Positions 9,914-20,384 of a stretch of 64,000 bases of DNA are shown piece after piece. The position numbers and the translations under genes were made by a program. The first letter of the stretch is position 1. Each line of letters opens with the position of its first letter. The notes below the pieces were generated by a model. It was not told the DNA's origin and searched no databases. It saw only the letters and a list, made by a program, of their open reading frames with translations. The stretch is from a virus. The stretch lies in IMG/VR virus record IMGVR_UViG_3300010883_019551, positions 15,700 through 79,699 of that record. One strand, 5' to 3'.

Positions 9914-11554
9914 CTAGCTTCTTTGAGCGATGAGATTATACTCAGGAAAGTATAGATAGTCAATTTCTGTGCCTAAAAAGCAGTTGACAGCGTGGTTGAC
10001 GTCCTCACAGATAGGCTCTCTATCATTAAAGCTAGTATTTAGAATGATTGGTACACCTGACACTTCTTCCCACTTCTTGAGAAAGTTGTAATACCACTCG
10101 TTATCTTCTTTGCGGACAGTTTGAAGGCGCGCTGTGCCGTCAAAATGAACAACAGCGGGAACTTTGTCTTTTTTATCTTCTTTGAAGCTGAGCACAAATT
10201 GCATATAGGGAGATTCTTGATATTCAGTAAACCACTCACTTACTCGCTCTTCTAGAATCGATGGCGCGAAGGGCCTAAACCACTGTCTATGTTTTACCTT
10301 TTCGTTGATTATATCTTTCATGTTAGGATTCCTTGGGTCTGCTAAAATACTTCTATTTCCCAGCGCTCGGCGCCCTGATTCAGACTTTCCATGAAATACA
10401 GAGACTATATTACCCTCGGTCAGTAGTGATGTCACTCTGTCTAAAGTGCATTCCTCAAATTTAAGATCTTTGGTTTTCATGACTTCATCAAAATGTGATC
10501 TATCCCATACTTCGCCCAAATAGGGCGTGAAGTTATGCTTCCATTCTATTCTTGGGTTACCCAAAACTTCATGCCAGACTATTTGCGCGGCTCCTAAAGT
10601 TAAACCCCCATCGTATGGAACAGGTGGTATATACACATTCTCTACTCTGTCCCCAAACCATGACTTAATTTTTCCCATTGCAACAGAATTTAGAACGACG
10701 CCGCCAGAAAGACAGATATTTTTTGTTGATGGCGATGACTGAAGTGCATAATCAATTAATTGATAGATTACTTTTTCTGTTGCCTTCTGGAGGCTGGCTG
10801 CTAAGTCAAATACATCTTGCTCAGTTTTTCTTCCAATAGCAGCCCAGGGCTCAAGATACGGATGTTTTGGGTCTCGATCAGATGTGGCGCCGACCGGCTG
10901 GTCTAACGGCTTCATCCCTGCAGGAAGTATGTCTACTGTCAACATTCTCCAAAAATCTTCTGCATATTTATCTTTATCCCCAAGTGCAGCCATGGCCATA
11001 ATAGTACCTTCTTGACCACCCTTTGGCCAACCATTCTGTAGCTTAAAAATGTATCTTGTGATTCTAGACCAAACACCTCCAATATTAACTTCATTTGGCC
11101 TGAATGTTCTGACATGCTTCATTGAATTGTCAGATCCATGCCACAAAGTACATGCAGACTCTCCTCCATTTTCATCTTCAGCTCCGCCGCCGTCCATAGT
11201 AAGGACAATAGCATCTTTAAGATTGCTAGAATAGAAGGCATTGGCAGCATGTGCCCTGTGATGAGAAACAAAATGAAATTTCCCACCATTCTTTTCAGCA
11301 GTCTGGCATGCTTTTTCGTAAGACGCTTTGTGCTCTGTTGTCTTTCTAACAGGATGTACTGACGCATAGTGAACTATTTCGTCTGCATGCTCCGGAGAAC
11401 GATCTGTTAAGAACTTGAGGGCATCGCCTGGTGGGCATTTCTCTCTATTGTACCTCTCATATTCTGCATGGATAAGAGGTTTTCCATTTTCTAGTACGGC
11501 GAAAGAGCAGTCGTGCCCACACCAAATTCCGGCAATCTTCATTTTATTTTTCAC
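9914..11554 (-). CDS. O-carbamoyltransferase (NodU/CmcH family)
   Basis: GHD, HHRAHA, DGGG, GRRALGNRSILADP, KHRQWFRPFAPS, VHFDGTARLQT, NTSFN. Confidence 0.95.
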   Translation of the reverse strand: MKNKMKIAGIWCGHDCSFAVLENGKPLIHAEYERYNREKCPPGDALKFLTDRSPEHADEIVHYASVHPVRKTTEHKASYEKACQTAEKNGGKFHFVSHHRAHAANAFYSSNLKDAIVLTMDGGGAEDENGGESACTLWHGSDNSMKHVRTFRPNEVNIGGVWSRITRYIFKLQNGWPKGGQEGTIMAMAALGDKDKYAEDFWRMLTVDILPAGMKPLDQPVGATSDRDPKHPYLEPWAAIGRKTEQDVFDLAASLQKATEKVIYQLIDYALQSSPSTKNICLSGGVVLNSVAMGKIKSWFGDRVENVYIPPVPYDGGLTLGAAQIVWHEVLGNPRIEWKHNFTPYLGEVWDRSHFDEVMKTKDLKFEECTLDRVTSLLTEGNIVSVFHGKSESGRRALGNRSILADPRNPNMKDIINEKVKHRQWFRPFAPSILEERVSEWFTEYQESPYMQFVLSFKEDKKDKVPAVVHFDGTARLQTVRKEDNEWYYNFLKKWEEVSGVPIILNTSFNDREPICEDVNHAVNCFLGTEIDYLYFPEYNLIAQRS

Positions 11555-12650
11555 TCCTATTTCTTATGAATTTGTTAGCTGACACTAGTGCTGATGCTAT
11601 CACCTGATCCATATCATAATACTGATACCTTGCCAGGCGGCCACCAAAAATAATGTTAGATAACTTTCTCACTTCTTTATTATACTCGTTCACTATAGAA
11701 TTGTTATGGCTATCATTGACAGGATAATATGGAATCTTATCTTTAGACCATGCAACAGGCGTTTCGTAAGTGATAACCGTATGTGGTGTCTTGACTTTTT
11801 CAAAATGCTTATGTTCTATAGATCTGGTCCAAGACACATCCTCAGAAGTGTAATTGACAACCGGAACACCTTGCACATTTTCTCTGGGTACTGTTACGTG
11901 AGAAAACTTTAATGTTCTGTACTCTAGTTCCCCATGTTTATAGTCAAAATAAGCATCCAGCGGACCTGTGTATACAACTGTTTTTGCCTTTGAAGCCCAC
12001 TCTTCTTTGTTATCTAAGAAGTCAATATTAAGCTTAACGTCTATACCTTCTAATAATTTATCAAATATTTGTGTATAGCCGCCAGCTGGGATGCCACAGT
12101 ACTTATCGTTATAATAGTTTGCGTCATATGTCAAACGAAAAGGAAGGCGCTTAATAATAAAAGAAGGCAGATCTTTTGGATCTTTTCCCCACTGTTTTTT
12201 AGTATAGCCACGTATCAGTTTCTCATAGACGTCTGTACCCAGTTCAGCTAATACCCACTCTTCTAAATTCTTTGGATTTTCACATTCAATTTTTGTTTGT
12301 TCTATTTTCTCTAAAGCCTCTGCTGGTGTTGTAACACCCCACAGCTGATGAAACGTCCACATGTTGAAGGGCAAAGAATATAAGTCTCCGCGGTAGTTTG
12401 CTACAGGAGAGTAAGTAAATTGTCTAAATTCAGCAAACTGATTTACATAGTTCCAAATCTTTTCGCTGTTAGTGTGAAATATGTGTGGACCGTACTCATG
12501 TACATTAATCCCGTTGTTATTGCTGGTATAACAATTACCCCCTATATGTGATCTTTTGTCAATAACAAGACACTTCTTTCCTGATTTTGCTGCTTCATGA
12601 GCAAAGACAGATCCAAAAAGGCCGGCACCTACAATGAGGATATCATACAT
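11544..12650 (-). CDS. glf: UDP-galactopyranose mutase
   Basis: GAGLFG, HIGGNCY, HEYGPHIFHT, PYYP, GRLARYQYYDMDQ. Confidence 0.96.
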   Translation of the reverse strand: MYDILIVGAGLFGSVFAHEAAKSGKKCLVIDKRSHIGGNCYTSNNNGINVHEYGPHIFHTNSEKIWNYVNQFAEFRQFTYSPVANYRGDLYSLPFNMWTFHQLWGVTTPAEALEKIEQTKIECENPKNLEEWVLAELGTDVYEKLIRGYTKKQWGKDPKDLPSFIIKRLPFRLTYDANYYNDKYCGIPAGGYTQIFDKLLEGIDVKLNIDFLDNKEEWASKAKTVVYTGPLDAYFDYKHGELEYRTLKFSHVTVPRENVQGVPVVNYTSEDVSWTRSIEHKHFEKVKTPHTVITYETPVAWSKDKIPYYPVNDSHNNSIVNEYNKEVRKLSNIIFGGRLARYQYYDMDQVIASALVSANKFIRNRSEK

Positions 12651-12662
12651 GGTTACCTTCGA

Positions 12663-13745
12663 CTAGTCTGTTAACCACTCATCCATAAAATCTAGATTTT
12701 TGCTAGTTACGGGAATATCGGGAGTGGCCTGGGCCTCTATAGTAGATGACGATGCTGTGCCATCAAATAAAGTCACAGGTCCTTCACTGTATAGGGTATC
12801 CATGTTGTTCTTTGTATCATACTTCAAAAGATCGCCGGCTGTATCACGAGAGTAATCCCAGCCAATGCCGTGGCACATATCTGTAAAAGAAATGGGTCGA
12901 CTACTTTGTTCTAGTTTAGCATGGTCTTCAAGCGATGTCATTTCATAGTAAAGCTCTTTTGTCCCAAAGGGTGGTAAATAGTGACCAACCCTATTATCAC
13001 CTCTGACAATTGCATGCATACCTCGTGGATCATTCCAAACCGCAGCAAAAGAAGGGACATGTGGACAAAACATAAACTGTAAAAGATTGGATTGATATGC
13101 CTTTGCAGACATTACATCTTCAGCACTGGTAAATCCGTCGACTGTCTTCTCCTTAAGCTCAACAGGATAATTTCCTATCTTCTCAAAAAGCTTGGGACTG
13201 AATAGACCTGTGGTTCCTAAGTGAATATTACTCATCTGCCAATACTTGCTTTCTGTAATTGGAGATCGCTGTGCCTCTGATCCTTGTACTATGTTAGACT
13301 CAACTGAGACCTTTCTGATAATATGAACAGACTGGTGTGCCTGATTAGACAGTGCAAAGTCAACAACAGATGCGGCAAATGCATGAGTATTAACAAGTTG
13401 ACTATCATCTTGCAAAAAACAGATGACCTGGTCGGGCTTGGTAGTTGCCCATGGCGTTTCCTGGTTGACCCTGGAAAGAATTTCATTTTTTCCTTTCCAC
13501 TCATCATTAGAAGGATCTCTTTCAGGACGATATACTACTTCGTCTATAACCTCACATGTGTCTAGATATTCCTTCGCGCCGGGTTCTGTGGTGCCATTAT
13601 CAACGTATATGACTCTGGTGTTTATCTTGTCAGAATATTGGTCCTTGAAGATTTGCAAACTTTTGAGAAGTGCTTTACTATACAAAAGCCTGTTACATGC
13701 TGTTATTCCTACTAAAAGATTAATATTTTCTGTTACACTATCCAC
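12663..13745 (-). CDS. GT2-like glycosyltransferase
   Basis: ITACNR..., VIYVDNGT, LQDD. Confidence 0.65.
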   Translation of the reverse strand: MDSVTENINLLVGITACNRLLYSKALLKSLQIFKDQYSDKINTRVIYVDNGTTEPGAKEYLDTCEVIDEVVYRPERDPSNDEWKGKNEILSRVNQETPWATTKPDQVICFLQDDSQLVNTHAFAASVVDFALSNQAHQSVHIIRKVSVESNIVQGSEAQRSPITESKYWQMSNIHLGTTGLFSPKLFEKIGNYPVELKEKTVDGFTSAEDVMSAKAYQSNLLQFMFCPHVPSFAAVWNDPRGMHAIVRGDNRVGHYLPPFGTKELYYEMTSLEDHAKLEQSSRPISFTDMCHGIGWDYSRDTAGDLLKYDTKNNMDTLYSEGPVTLFDGTASSSTIEAQATPDIPVTSKNLDFMDEWLTD

Positions 13746-13749
13746 TGTT

Positions 13750-14106
13750 CTAGTCTCCCTTGTGAATTCTTATAGAGTCTTCATCAAAATGTTGAGTTGA
13801 AAATTCGTATATTTTTGTTTCTTCCAGCGCAATCATTCTGTGCTTAAGGCCTGGGTATACATGGAATGCTTGACCGGCGCCTAGAATAATACTGTTAGCT
13901 GTATCAATATCTTCGTCATCTGAGTACAACAAATTTATCTTGCCCGAATGGACAAATAAGACCTCATCTTTGATCTTGTGATAGTGCCATGAACATTGTT
14001 TGCCCTCATCGAAGAATAGAAGTTTTCCACAATATGCTGGCTTATTTACTATCCACTTTTCGTGCCCCCAACCTTTGGTGACATACTTAATTTTTGAAAT
14101 AATCAT
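13750..14106 (-). CDS. Cupin-domain protein (sugar isomerase-like)
   Basis: KGWGHE, SWHYHKIKDE, H in second cupin motif; start placed at 14106. Confidence 0.8.
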   Translation of the reverse strand: MIISKIKYVTKGWGHEKWIVNKPAYCGKLLFFDEGKQCSWHYHKIKDEVLFVHSGKINLLYSDDEDIDTANSIILGAGQAFHVYPGLKHRMIALEETKIYEFSTQHFDEDSIRIHKGD

Positions 14107-14425
14107 TCGCGTTGATCGCCTTATCATCAATATAAACGTCCGCGGCCGGCTTTCCCAGAAAAAGCTGGTGATATTTTACGCCCCACTCATCTAGTTGATT
14201 TGATGTCTTCTGGTAGAATAAAGATGTTGATGCTATCTGATTTCCCGAGGTTCTACCCATTCCTCTTGCAGTGCAATAAATAATTGTATTCCCTTGATCG
14301 TACAGAGAATTGATAGTATCGATTCTTTGTCTTATGGGATAAGCATCAGTGTAGTCGGGTGTATCTCCTTCACACTGAGTACAAATAGTACCGTCGATAT
14401 CGATCACATACGTCTTAGTTTCCAT
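14087..14425 (-). CDS. Small HAD phosphatase (capsule-biosynthesis type; possible GmhB/KdsC role)
   Basis: DIDGT, TAR, GKP, YIDDK. Confidence 0.8.
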   Translation of the reverse strand: METKTYVIDIDGTICTQCEGDTPDYTDAYPIRQRIDTINSLYDQGNTIIYCTARGMGRTSGNQIASTSLFYQKTSNQLDEWGVKYHQLFLGKPAADVYIDDKAINANDYFKN

Positions 14426-15197
14426 TTTCTTCTATGTCCTTTTTAGTTACATTATAGACACCTAAATGTCTAACTGATATTCCTGCGCAGATATTGGCAA
14501 ACTTAATAGATTCTACCATATTTTTTGTCTCAATAAACTTTACTGATAGTGCTGCTAAGAAAGAGTCACCTGCTCCGCAAACGTCAAATACATCATGTAC
14601 TTTTTTTGCCGGATACAAGCTACCTTTCCACTTTGCCCCCCTGTCGCCGAGAGTTATGATAAGCTCACAATCAGCTGGGAGGATTGACGCACGTACGTGT
14701 TCTATCTTATTGATCTTTAATATGCAGTCGCTGAAAGCTGAAAGATCACTCTTCTTGCTATCGACAAATATCGGCTTTGGTAAAATCGGAATCAGTCTAG
14801 ATAATACACTGTGTGGCAGAAATCCCTTGTTATAATCAGATATGACTGTTCCATCGAATTCGTGGGTGTTTAATACTTTGATTAGTTTATTCTGATCTAT
14901 CACATCACATTCATCGTTAGAGTCCACTCGAAGAATTTGTTGCGAAAACCTCTCGTCTAAAAATCTTTCTTTTATAATTTCTGATTCATTTGTAACACTG
15001 ACTGCCTCATAGCCCAGAGACTTTATATTAAGCGCTACATTTGCAGCCATACCCGGCTTTGTTTCTGTTTTTGTCTGAAGAAGAATTGGTACCGGAGCTT
15101 CGACGCTTAGTCGTTCACAACGGCCGAATCGATATAAGTCTAGACACGACTCACCGATTACTAGTATCTTCAATGATTTTTGTGCTTGAGTATCCAC
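14415..15197 (-). CDS. Heptose-7-phosphate kinase (HldE kinase half, HldA/RfaE1)
   Basis: RLSVEAPVP, GMAANVA, SDYNKG, DVCGAGD (PfkB). Confidence 0.88.
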   Translation of the reverse strand: MDTQAQKSLKILVIGESCLDLYRFGRCERLSVEAPVPILLQTKTETKPGMAANVALNIKSLGYEAVSVTNESEIIKERFLDERFSQQILRVDSNDECDVIDQNKLIKVLNTHEFDGTVISDYNKGFLPHSVLSRLIPILPKPIFVDSKKSDLSAFSDCILKINKIEHVRASILPADCELIITLGDRGAKWKGSLYPAKKVHDVFDVCGAGDSFLAALSVKFIETKNMVESIKFANICAGISVRHLGVYNVTKKDIEENGN

Positions 15198-15543
15198 TTA
15201 TTGTTCCAAAAATCACAACCTCAGCGAGGTCATTTCCCACTACCTGTTTGGGTGTATAATCACCACCCTTTACAATTATACTTGGTTTTATTCGTTGTAT
15301 TAGTTCATAAGGTGTATCTTCGTCAAATATTATGACCTCATCTACACATTTCAACTCTTCTAAAAGCACTTTTCTATCATCCTGAGAGTATATCGGGCGA
15401 GTAGGGCCTTTTAGTTTTTGAACGCTTTTGTCACTATTGATGCCTACGATAACCTTATCACCTATAGAAGCACAATGCAGCAACAATTCGATATGTCCTC
15501 TATGAATGACATCAAAGCAACCATTTGTAAAAACTATCTTCAT
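15151..15543 (-). CDS. Heptose-1-phosphate adenylyltransferase (HldC/RfaE2)
   Basis: FTNGCFDVIHRGH, NSDKSVQKLKG, KGGDY, SSTKII. Confidence 0.92.
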   Translation of the reverse strand: MKIVFTNGCFDVIHRGHIELLLHCASIGDKVIVGINSDKSVQKLKGPTRPIYSQDDRKVLLEELKCVDEVIIFDEDTPYELIQRIKPSIIVKGGDYTPKQVVGNDLAEVVIFGTISGYSSTKIIEDTSNR

Positions 15544-16478
15544 TGATTCAATAGAATATTTGTGTATTCTTTTGCTGCTTCAGAAAATTCTCTAAACGGA
15601 GAAGTAAAACCCGCCCTTCTTAGATTTGTAATGTCTGCCTTTGTGTATGACTGGTATTTGTCTTTGAGTTTTTCCGGGAAAGGAACAGTTTTAATTTTAG
15701 CCTCTGTAACAGAAGATACTATTTTTGCTGCATCCATGAAAGAGTTTGTTTCACCTGATCCGCAATTATAAATCCCTACAAATTCTGATTTTCTCATGAA
15801 GTGCATGTTAATCTTGACAATATCATCAATGTGAACAAAATCTCTCAAATAATTCTCACTTCCTTCGAAGACGTTTATTGCCTTGTTTTCTATTGCCTGT
15901 CTTGTGAACTGATTTATTGGTGAAGCCATGCCCTCTTTGTGATCTTCTCCGGGGCCATAAACATTAAAATATCTTAGTCCAACAATCTGTACGTTAGAAT
16001 CAAAGCTATAGTTTCTTCTAAAGTAATTGTCAAACTCGAGTTTTGATTTTCCGTATACATTAAGCGGATTTTCGCAATCCACGTCTGCTTCAAACCCTTT
16101 GTCACCCAATCCGTAAACAGCAGCAGAGGATGCATAGATCATTCTAATATCATGTTCCATACAATGATGAAATATACCCACTGATAACGTGTAATTGGTG
16201 TCCATCATTTCATCATCATCTGGGTGTGTTGTGTCAGTTATGGCCCCTTGATGAAATATCGTTTCAATGTTTCCTATATCACAGAACTTTCCATTTTTGA
16301 TGGACTCAAGACACTTATCTTTTTCGATAATATCTTTGTAGGTACAACCCACTAGATTATTTTCACTGCCGTTTTTGGGGGAGTCAATAATATAAATGTT
16401 TTTGTAGTTCAGATCATTTAGTTTGCGAACAATGTTTGATCCTACAAATCCCATTCCGCCTGTTACAATAATACTCAA
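15540..16478 (-). CDS. hldD: ADP-L-glycero-D-manno-heptose 6-epimerase
   Basis: TGGMGFVGSN, FHQGA, YASSAAVYG, PLNVYGKSK, LRYFNVYGP, YQSYTKAD. Confidence 0.92.
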   Translation of the reverse strand: MSIIVTGGMGFVGSNIVRKLNDLNYKNIYIIDSPKNGSENNLVGCTYKDIIEKDKCLESIKNGKFCDIGNIETIFHQGAITDTTHPDDDEMMDTNYTLSVGIFHHCMEHDIRMIYASSAAVYGLGDKGFEADVDCENPLNVYGKSKLEFDNYFRRNYSFDSNVQIVGLRYFNVYGPGEDHKEGMASPINQFTRQAIENKAINVFEGSENYLRDFVHIDDIVKINMHFMRKSEFVGIYNCGSGETNSFMDAAKIVSSVTEAKIKTVPFPEKLKDKYQSYTKADITNLRRAGFTSPFREFSEAAKEYTNILLNQ

Positions 16479-17308
16479 TTCAATTTACTCCTTACAGACT
16501 CTAGTATTTCAATTGGGTCATGTTTCTGAGCCTCTGAGTTGCAATGATGACAATGTGTCTTCATTCCACACGGTCCGTGGTTTTTACCTACCCATATGTT
16601 TGTATTTTGTGGGTAACATGTCATAGTGGGATGAATGAAGCCAGTATAGAGAATGACCGCCGGCGTGTCGACAGCATTTGCTGCATGCATTAAGCCTCCC
16701 TCAGATGAGACAAATAGGCGTGAGTGTTTAATAATCATTGCTGCTTCTCTAAAAGTTGTCTTTCCGGTTAGATTGACAACTCCTGACAGTGTTTTGTCTT
16801 TGGTCTCTCTTCCGACCTGAACTAAAATGTGGCCGTCTTTGATTAGTTCGTCTGCTACATACTGCCACTTTTCAATAGGGTACTTCTTATTAACAGTATA
16901 CTCATCATTTGATTGAGGCTCTATGACTATGTAACGTTTAAGATGATCCCAGTGTTTTCTAACACTTTGTACCTCATCATCACTAAAGTATAATTCACAC
17001 TTGAGCTCCGGGTTCTTCACACCATAGAACTCACAAATTTGCTGTATTATGTGACAATCATGTCGATGTACAGCCCTTTGAGGCGTGTCTTGTTTGCAAT
17101 AGTTTGTTCGAGGATTATTTAGCTGCATTGGAATAGCAGTGTTATTGTCAAATTCTTGAAGAATATACGGATTATTTTCAAATATTGGCGTTCGTACCGG
17201 CTTGATTAAATTTCCATGTTGCTCGAACGGAAATACTTTTCCGATGCCGGTCGACTGTACTAGTTCTCTAGCAACTGCAGTCCATGTAAGATAACCGCCT
17301 AACCCCAT
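16475..17308 (-). CDS. GT9 (heptosyltransferase-family) glycosyltransferase
   Basis: GLGG start, KKYPIEKW, LTGKT, EGGLMHAANA. Confidence 0.85.
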   Translation of the reverse strand: MGLGGYLTWTAVARELVQSTGIGKVFPFEQHGNLIKPVRTPIFENNPYILQEFDNNTAIPMQLNNPRTNYCKQDTPQRAVHRHDCHIIQQICEFYGVKNPELKCELYFSDDEVQSVRKHWDHLKRYIVIEPQSNDEYTVNKKYPIEKWQYVADELIKDGHILVQVGRETKDKTLSGVVNLTGKTTFREAAMIIKHSRLFVSSEGGLMHAANAVDTPAVILYTGFIHPTMTCYPQNTNIWVGKNHGPCGMKTHCHHCNSEAQKHDPIEILESVRSKLN

Positions 17309-18225
17309 TTTCCCCTCAAGACGCTTTCATATTTGTCAGCAACAATCTCTATGTTTAGATGTCTATGATCTACATCAATTATATCTGGTAAAACAACATT
17401 GGTCAAATCAATATTCGGTGGTGACGTGTAGTCTGTCAACCTATAATCGTACTCTTCTGTCTCTGGCACAATTATACCTGATGCTTTTACTATTTCTTTA
17501 GTTCCACCTGAGCTGCTACATATAACAGGACAGTTTTGTGATAGTGCCTCTACTACTACATTGGGACAATGATCTAGCCACGCTAAATGAATCATCCAGT
17601 CTGCAGCATAGAAAATTTGCAAGCACAATTCATGCGGAATATTACCCGTGTACACAATGTTTTCTTTTTTGACAATATGATCAGGGTTACTTCCCATTAC
17701 AATTAGATAACATTTCTTTTCCGGATTTTCAGATTCATATTTTAGAAATAAATCTGTGTTATCACGCAGTCTTTTCTGGCCGTGCCAATTAGAAGAACAT
17801 ACAAATATAACATCATATGTGTTTCGAATATTTTTTAAGTTATCGTCAGAAACTCTGGTCTCTACAAGATCTATACCATTTGCTATGATAGAACCGGTTC
17901 TGCTTCCCCAGTGATTAAACGTCATATTTTTATCAAACTGTGTTTGCCATATTACATGGTGACAATTATCATATGACCATCTTATTCCTCTGTTCTTTGT
18001 ATGAAACTCTTCAGGGGAGAACCAAATTCCGTCTAGTCTTTGCAAAAATTTTGCACCTTTTCGTGGGTGAGAAGCAGGTTCTATAAAAGCTAAAAAAGTT
18101 TCGTAATCATCGTCGGGACCGACAAATTCGACTCCTCTTTTCTGAAGATTCAGTGCTAGGCGGTGTGCAAAAGAATTAGGACCGGATCTAGATTGGAAGT
18201 CTACATTTGAGAAATGAACCTTCAT
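17299..18225 (-). CDS. GT4-like glycosyltransferase
   Basis: DHCPNVVVEAL...GGTKE; resembles 6702..7616. Confidence 0.82.
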   Translation of the reverse strand: MKVHFSNVDFQSRSGPNSFAHRLALNLQKRGVEFVGPDDDYETFLAFIEPASHPRKGAKFLQRLDGIWFSPEEFHTKNRGIRWSYDNCHHVIWQTQFDKNMTFNHWGSRTGSIIANGIDLVETRVSDDNLKNIRNTYDVIFVCSSNWHGQKRLRDNTDLFLKYESENPEKKCYLIVMGSNPDHIVKKENIVYTGNIPHELCLQIFYAADWMIHLAWLDHCPNVVVEALSQNCPVICSSSGGTKEIVKASGIIVPETEEYDYRLTDYTSPPNIDLTNVVLPDIIDVDHRHLNIEIVADKYESVLRGKWG

Positions 18226-18947
18226 GGCATTGCCGGCGAATTATAGAATTTTATAAAGAATTGAGCACTAGGGGTTTTGTTATGTTCTCCCCATAATGAC
18301 TTTGATGTTCTAGAGACCTGTGTTATCTGGAATGTCTTTGAAAGCCTTTCATACGCGAACTTAGGTTTCACCACCAATGAGACTCCAAGCTCTTCCCAGA
18401 ATTCACCAGATTCAACGTAGTCAGCTTCTGGTTCGCGCTCGTTGATTGCCATGTACAGTATACCACATCCTGCAGGTTTTAACACTCTTTCGATCTGGGA
18501 AATATAAAATTCTGCTTCTGCCCAATGAGAGAAATGTTGAAATACTATAAAACTATAGACAAAGTCAATTGAATTATCTTCAATACTTTCAATGTTATCT
18601 CGGTGAACTAGCTCAAAATTATTGCATCCCTCTCTCTTAAGAATTTCTTCGGTGCGATCAAAGCTCTCGTGGATATCAACCCCAACTACTTTCCCAAAGT
18701 AATTGCTAGCAGCATTTAATAGACGACCGCCGCCGAATCCAATTTCTAAAGCTGTCTTATCACGAGGGTCCCCAAGGATAGAATAAAAATCAGAAGTAAA
18801 TATTCTATGTGAAAAATCTATAAATCCATGTTTTAGAGCATTAGAAACTGAGTCATCAATGTCAAAAAAGTTGTGAAATTCAGCTTCGTTTTCTAAGACA
18901 GACGGACCTTTTGTCCAAACATCTTTCACTCTTTTAATATCACGCAT
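18222..18947 (-). CDS. Class I SAM-dependent methyltransferase
   Basis: LEIGFGGG, GVD, VFQH, LKPAG. Confidence 0.88.
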   Translation of the reverse strand: MRDIKRVKDVWTKGPSVLENEAEFHNFFDIDDSVSNALKHGFIDFSHRIFTSDFYSILGDPRDKTALEIGFGGGRLLNAASNYFGKVVGVDIHESFDRTEEILKREGCNNFELVHRDNIESIEDNSIDFVYSFIVFQHFSHWAEAEFYISQIERVLKPAGCGILYMAINEREPEADYVESGEFWEELGVSLVVKPKFAYERLSKTFQITQVSRTSKSLWGEHNKTPSAQFFIKFYNSPAMP

Positions 18948-19665
18948 CTGGGTCCTTGAGATTTTCGTCAGTTAAGTGCCGATTTTTCCTTGGTGTTCCC
19001 TTTCTGCACAAAATATTGATTCTGTCTGGATTAGCTATATCTTCATGATCATCTGATGTTTCTATGACATTCCATCCTGCGATATCCAGCATTGACTTGC
19101 ATGCTAATTTAGACGGATGGAATACACATGTTTGTGCTCTGTCTGCCGGAGAGTACGGTGGGTAGTGGACTTCAATAATATTCTTGTCCATGAGCTCTTC
19201 AGTTCTAGTGGTAGAGCTTTCAAATATCATATACGCGCCGTCGGCTGCTAGATCATACAATCTTTGGAGTTGTCCCATTTGATTAATGTTGTGATAGATA
19301 ACACCGGCATAAAAAATAAGGTCGTATTTGTCTTCACTTATGTATCGATCAAAATCCTGGTAGTGTACCTCAAACTTTTCTGTCTTAACGTGTGGTATCC
19401 ACATTCTATTTTCTCTAAGATATCTTTCATTTGACCTTAGCTTATTGGGACCTTCGACGCAAGTTATACTTTTTGGCTCATGGGCATCAATCAACACAGT
19501 ATGAAGACCATGCTTCGGTCCTACTTCAAAAAAATTGCAGTCGCTACAATCAATCTCAACATTACATAATGCTCTTTGAGCAAAGATCCATGTGTCGCCG
19601 CCCTCCATCTTTTTTGTAACTTCTGCGCTGCCCTGTACAAATAGGTTGTCTTTCTCAAACTTCAT
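18940..19665 (-). CDS. Class I SAM-dependent methyltransferase
   Basis: FEVGPKHG, DLIFYAGVIYH. Confidence 0.75.
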   Translation of the reverse strand: MKFEKDNLFVQGSAEVTKKMEGGDTWIFAQRALCNVEIDCSDCNFFEVGPKHGLHTVLIDAHEPKSITCVEGPNKLRSNERYLRENRMWIPHVKTEKFEVHYQDFDRYISEDKYDLIFYAGVIYHNINQMGQLQRLYDLAADGAYMIFESSTTRTEELMDKNIIEVHYPPYSPADRAQTCVFHPSKLACKSMLDIAGWNVIETSDDHEDIANPDRINILCRKGTPRKNRHLTDENLKDPDA

Positions 19666-20384
19666 TTCACAAATCCTCGCGATCTTAGATACTCACCCTC
19701 TGTCTTCTGAAACTTGGCATCGTCAGTTTGAAATGTCAAAGGGTTCATGTCAATAGTATAGTGGTACGCAACGATAGGCTCAAAATGCCAGTTGCCGGCG
19801 GACTGGTGTAACACGGGCAAATATATTGCTTGATCACCTATGCGCTTAAAGTACTCACCATCAGCAGACCTAAAATTTTCGTCTTTGACACGTTCTATTA
19901 CACTCTTCTTAAATGTTTTGAAGTGTGAGCTTACCCATTGATGTTCATAGGGATTAGCATCTCTTGGTAGCGGCGCTGATATGTTTTGATTTGTAAATGC
20001 CCAACGATGTTTGGTCCACAAAACATTACATCCAGTAGTTCTGTATCTATGATCGATTATAGTTAATGCATCTGAATCGCAGAGCCAGTCATCTCCATCA
20101 AGTCGACAAACAATATCATTTGTTTCACATTCTTCGAGGGACTCTAGAATATTTCTAACTTCCCACTTCTTTTCTGTATTAGTTGTTAATGATATTTGAT
20201 CGTTAGAGAGACCAAAGTTTTTCTTAAAGTGTTCTACAGCTACTCTAGTTTTATCGGTTGACATATCATCTTTGATAATGATCTTCCAATTAGGATAAGT
20301 TTGTGACCAAACAGACAATAATGTACGACTAATAGTTTCTTCTGCATTAAATGCCGGCATGATAAAGACAAACCTATTACTCAT
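19662..20384 (-). CDS. GT2 glycosyltransferase
   Basis: MPAFNAE, DDMSTD, LDGDD; start placed at 20384. Confidence 0.9.
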   Translation of the reverse strand: MSNRFVFIMPAFNAEETISRTLLSVWSQTYPNWKIIIKDDMSTDKTRVAVEHFKKNFGLSNDQISLTTNTEKKWEVRNILESLEECETNDIVCRLDGDDWLCDSDALTIIDHRYRTTGCNVLWTKHRWAFTNQNISAPLPRDANPYEHQWVSSHFKTFKKSVIERVKDENFRSADGEYFKRIGDQAIYLPVLHQSAGNWHFEPIVAYHYTIDMNPLTFQTDDAKFQKTEGEYLRSRGFVK

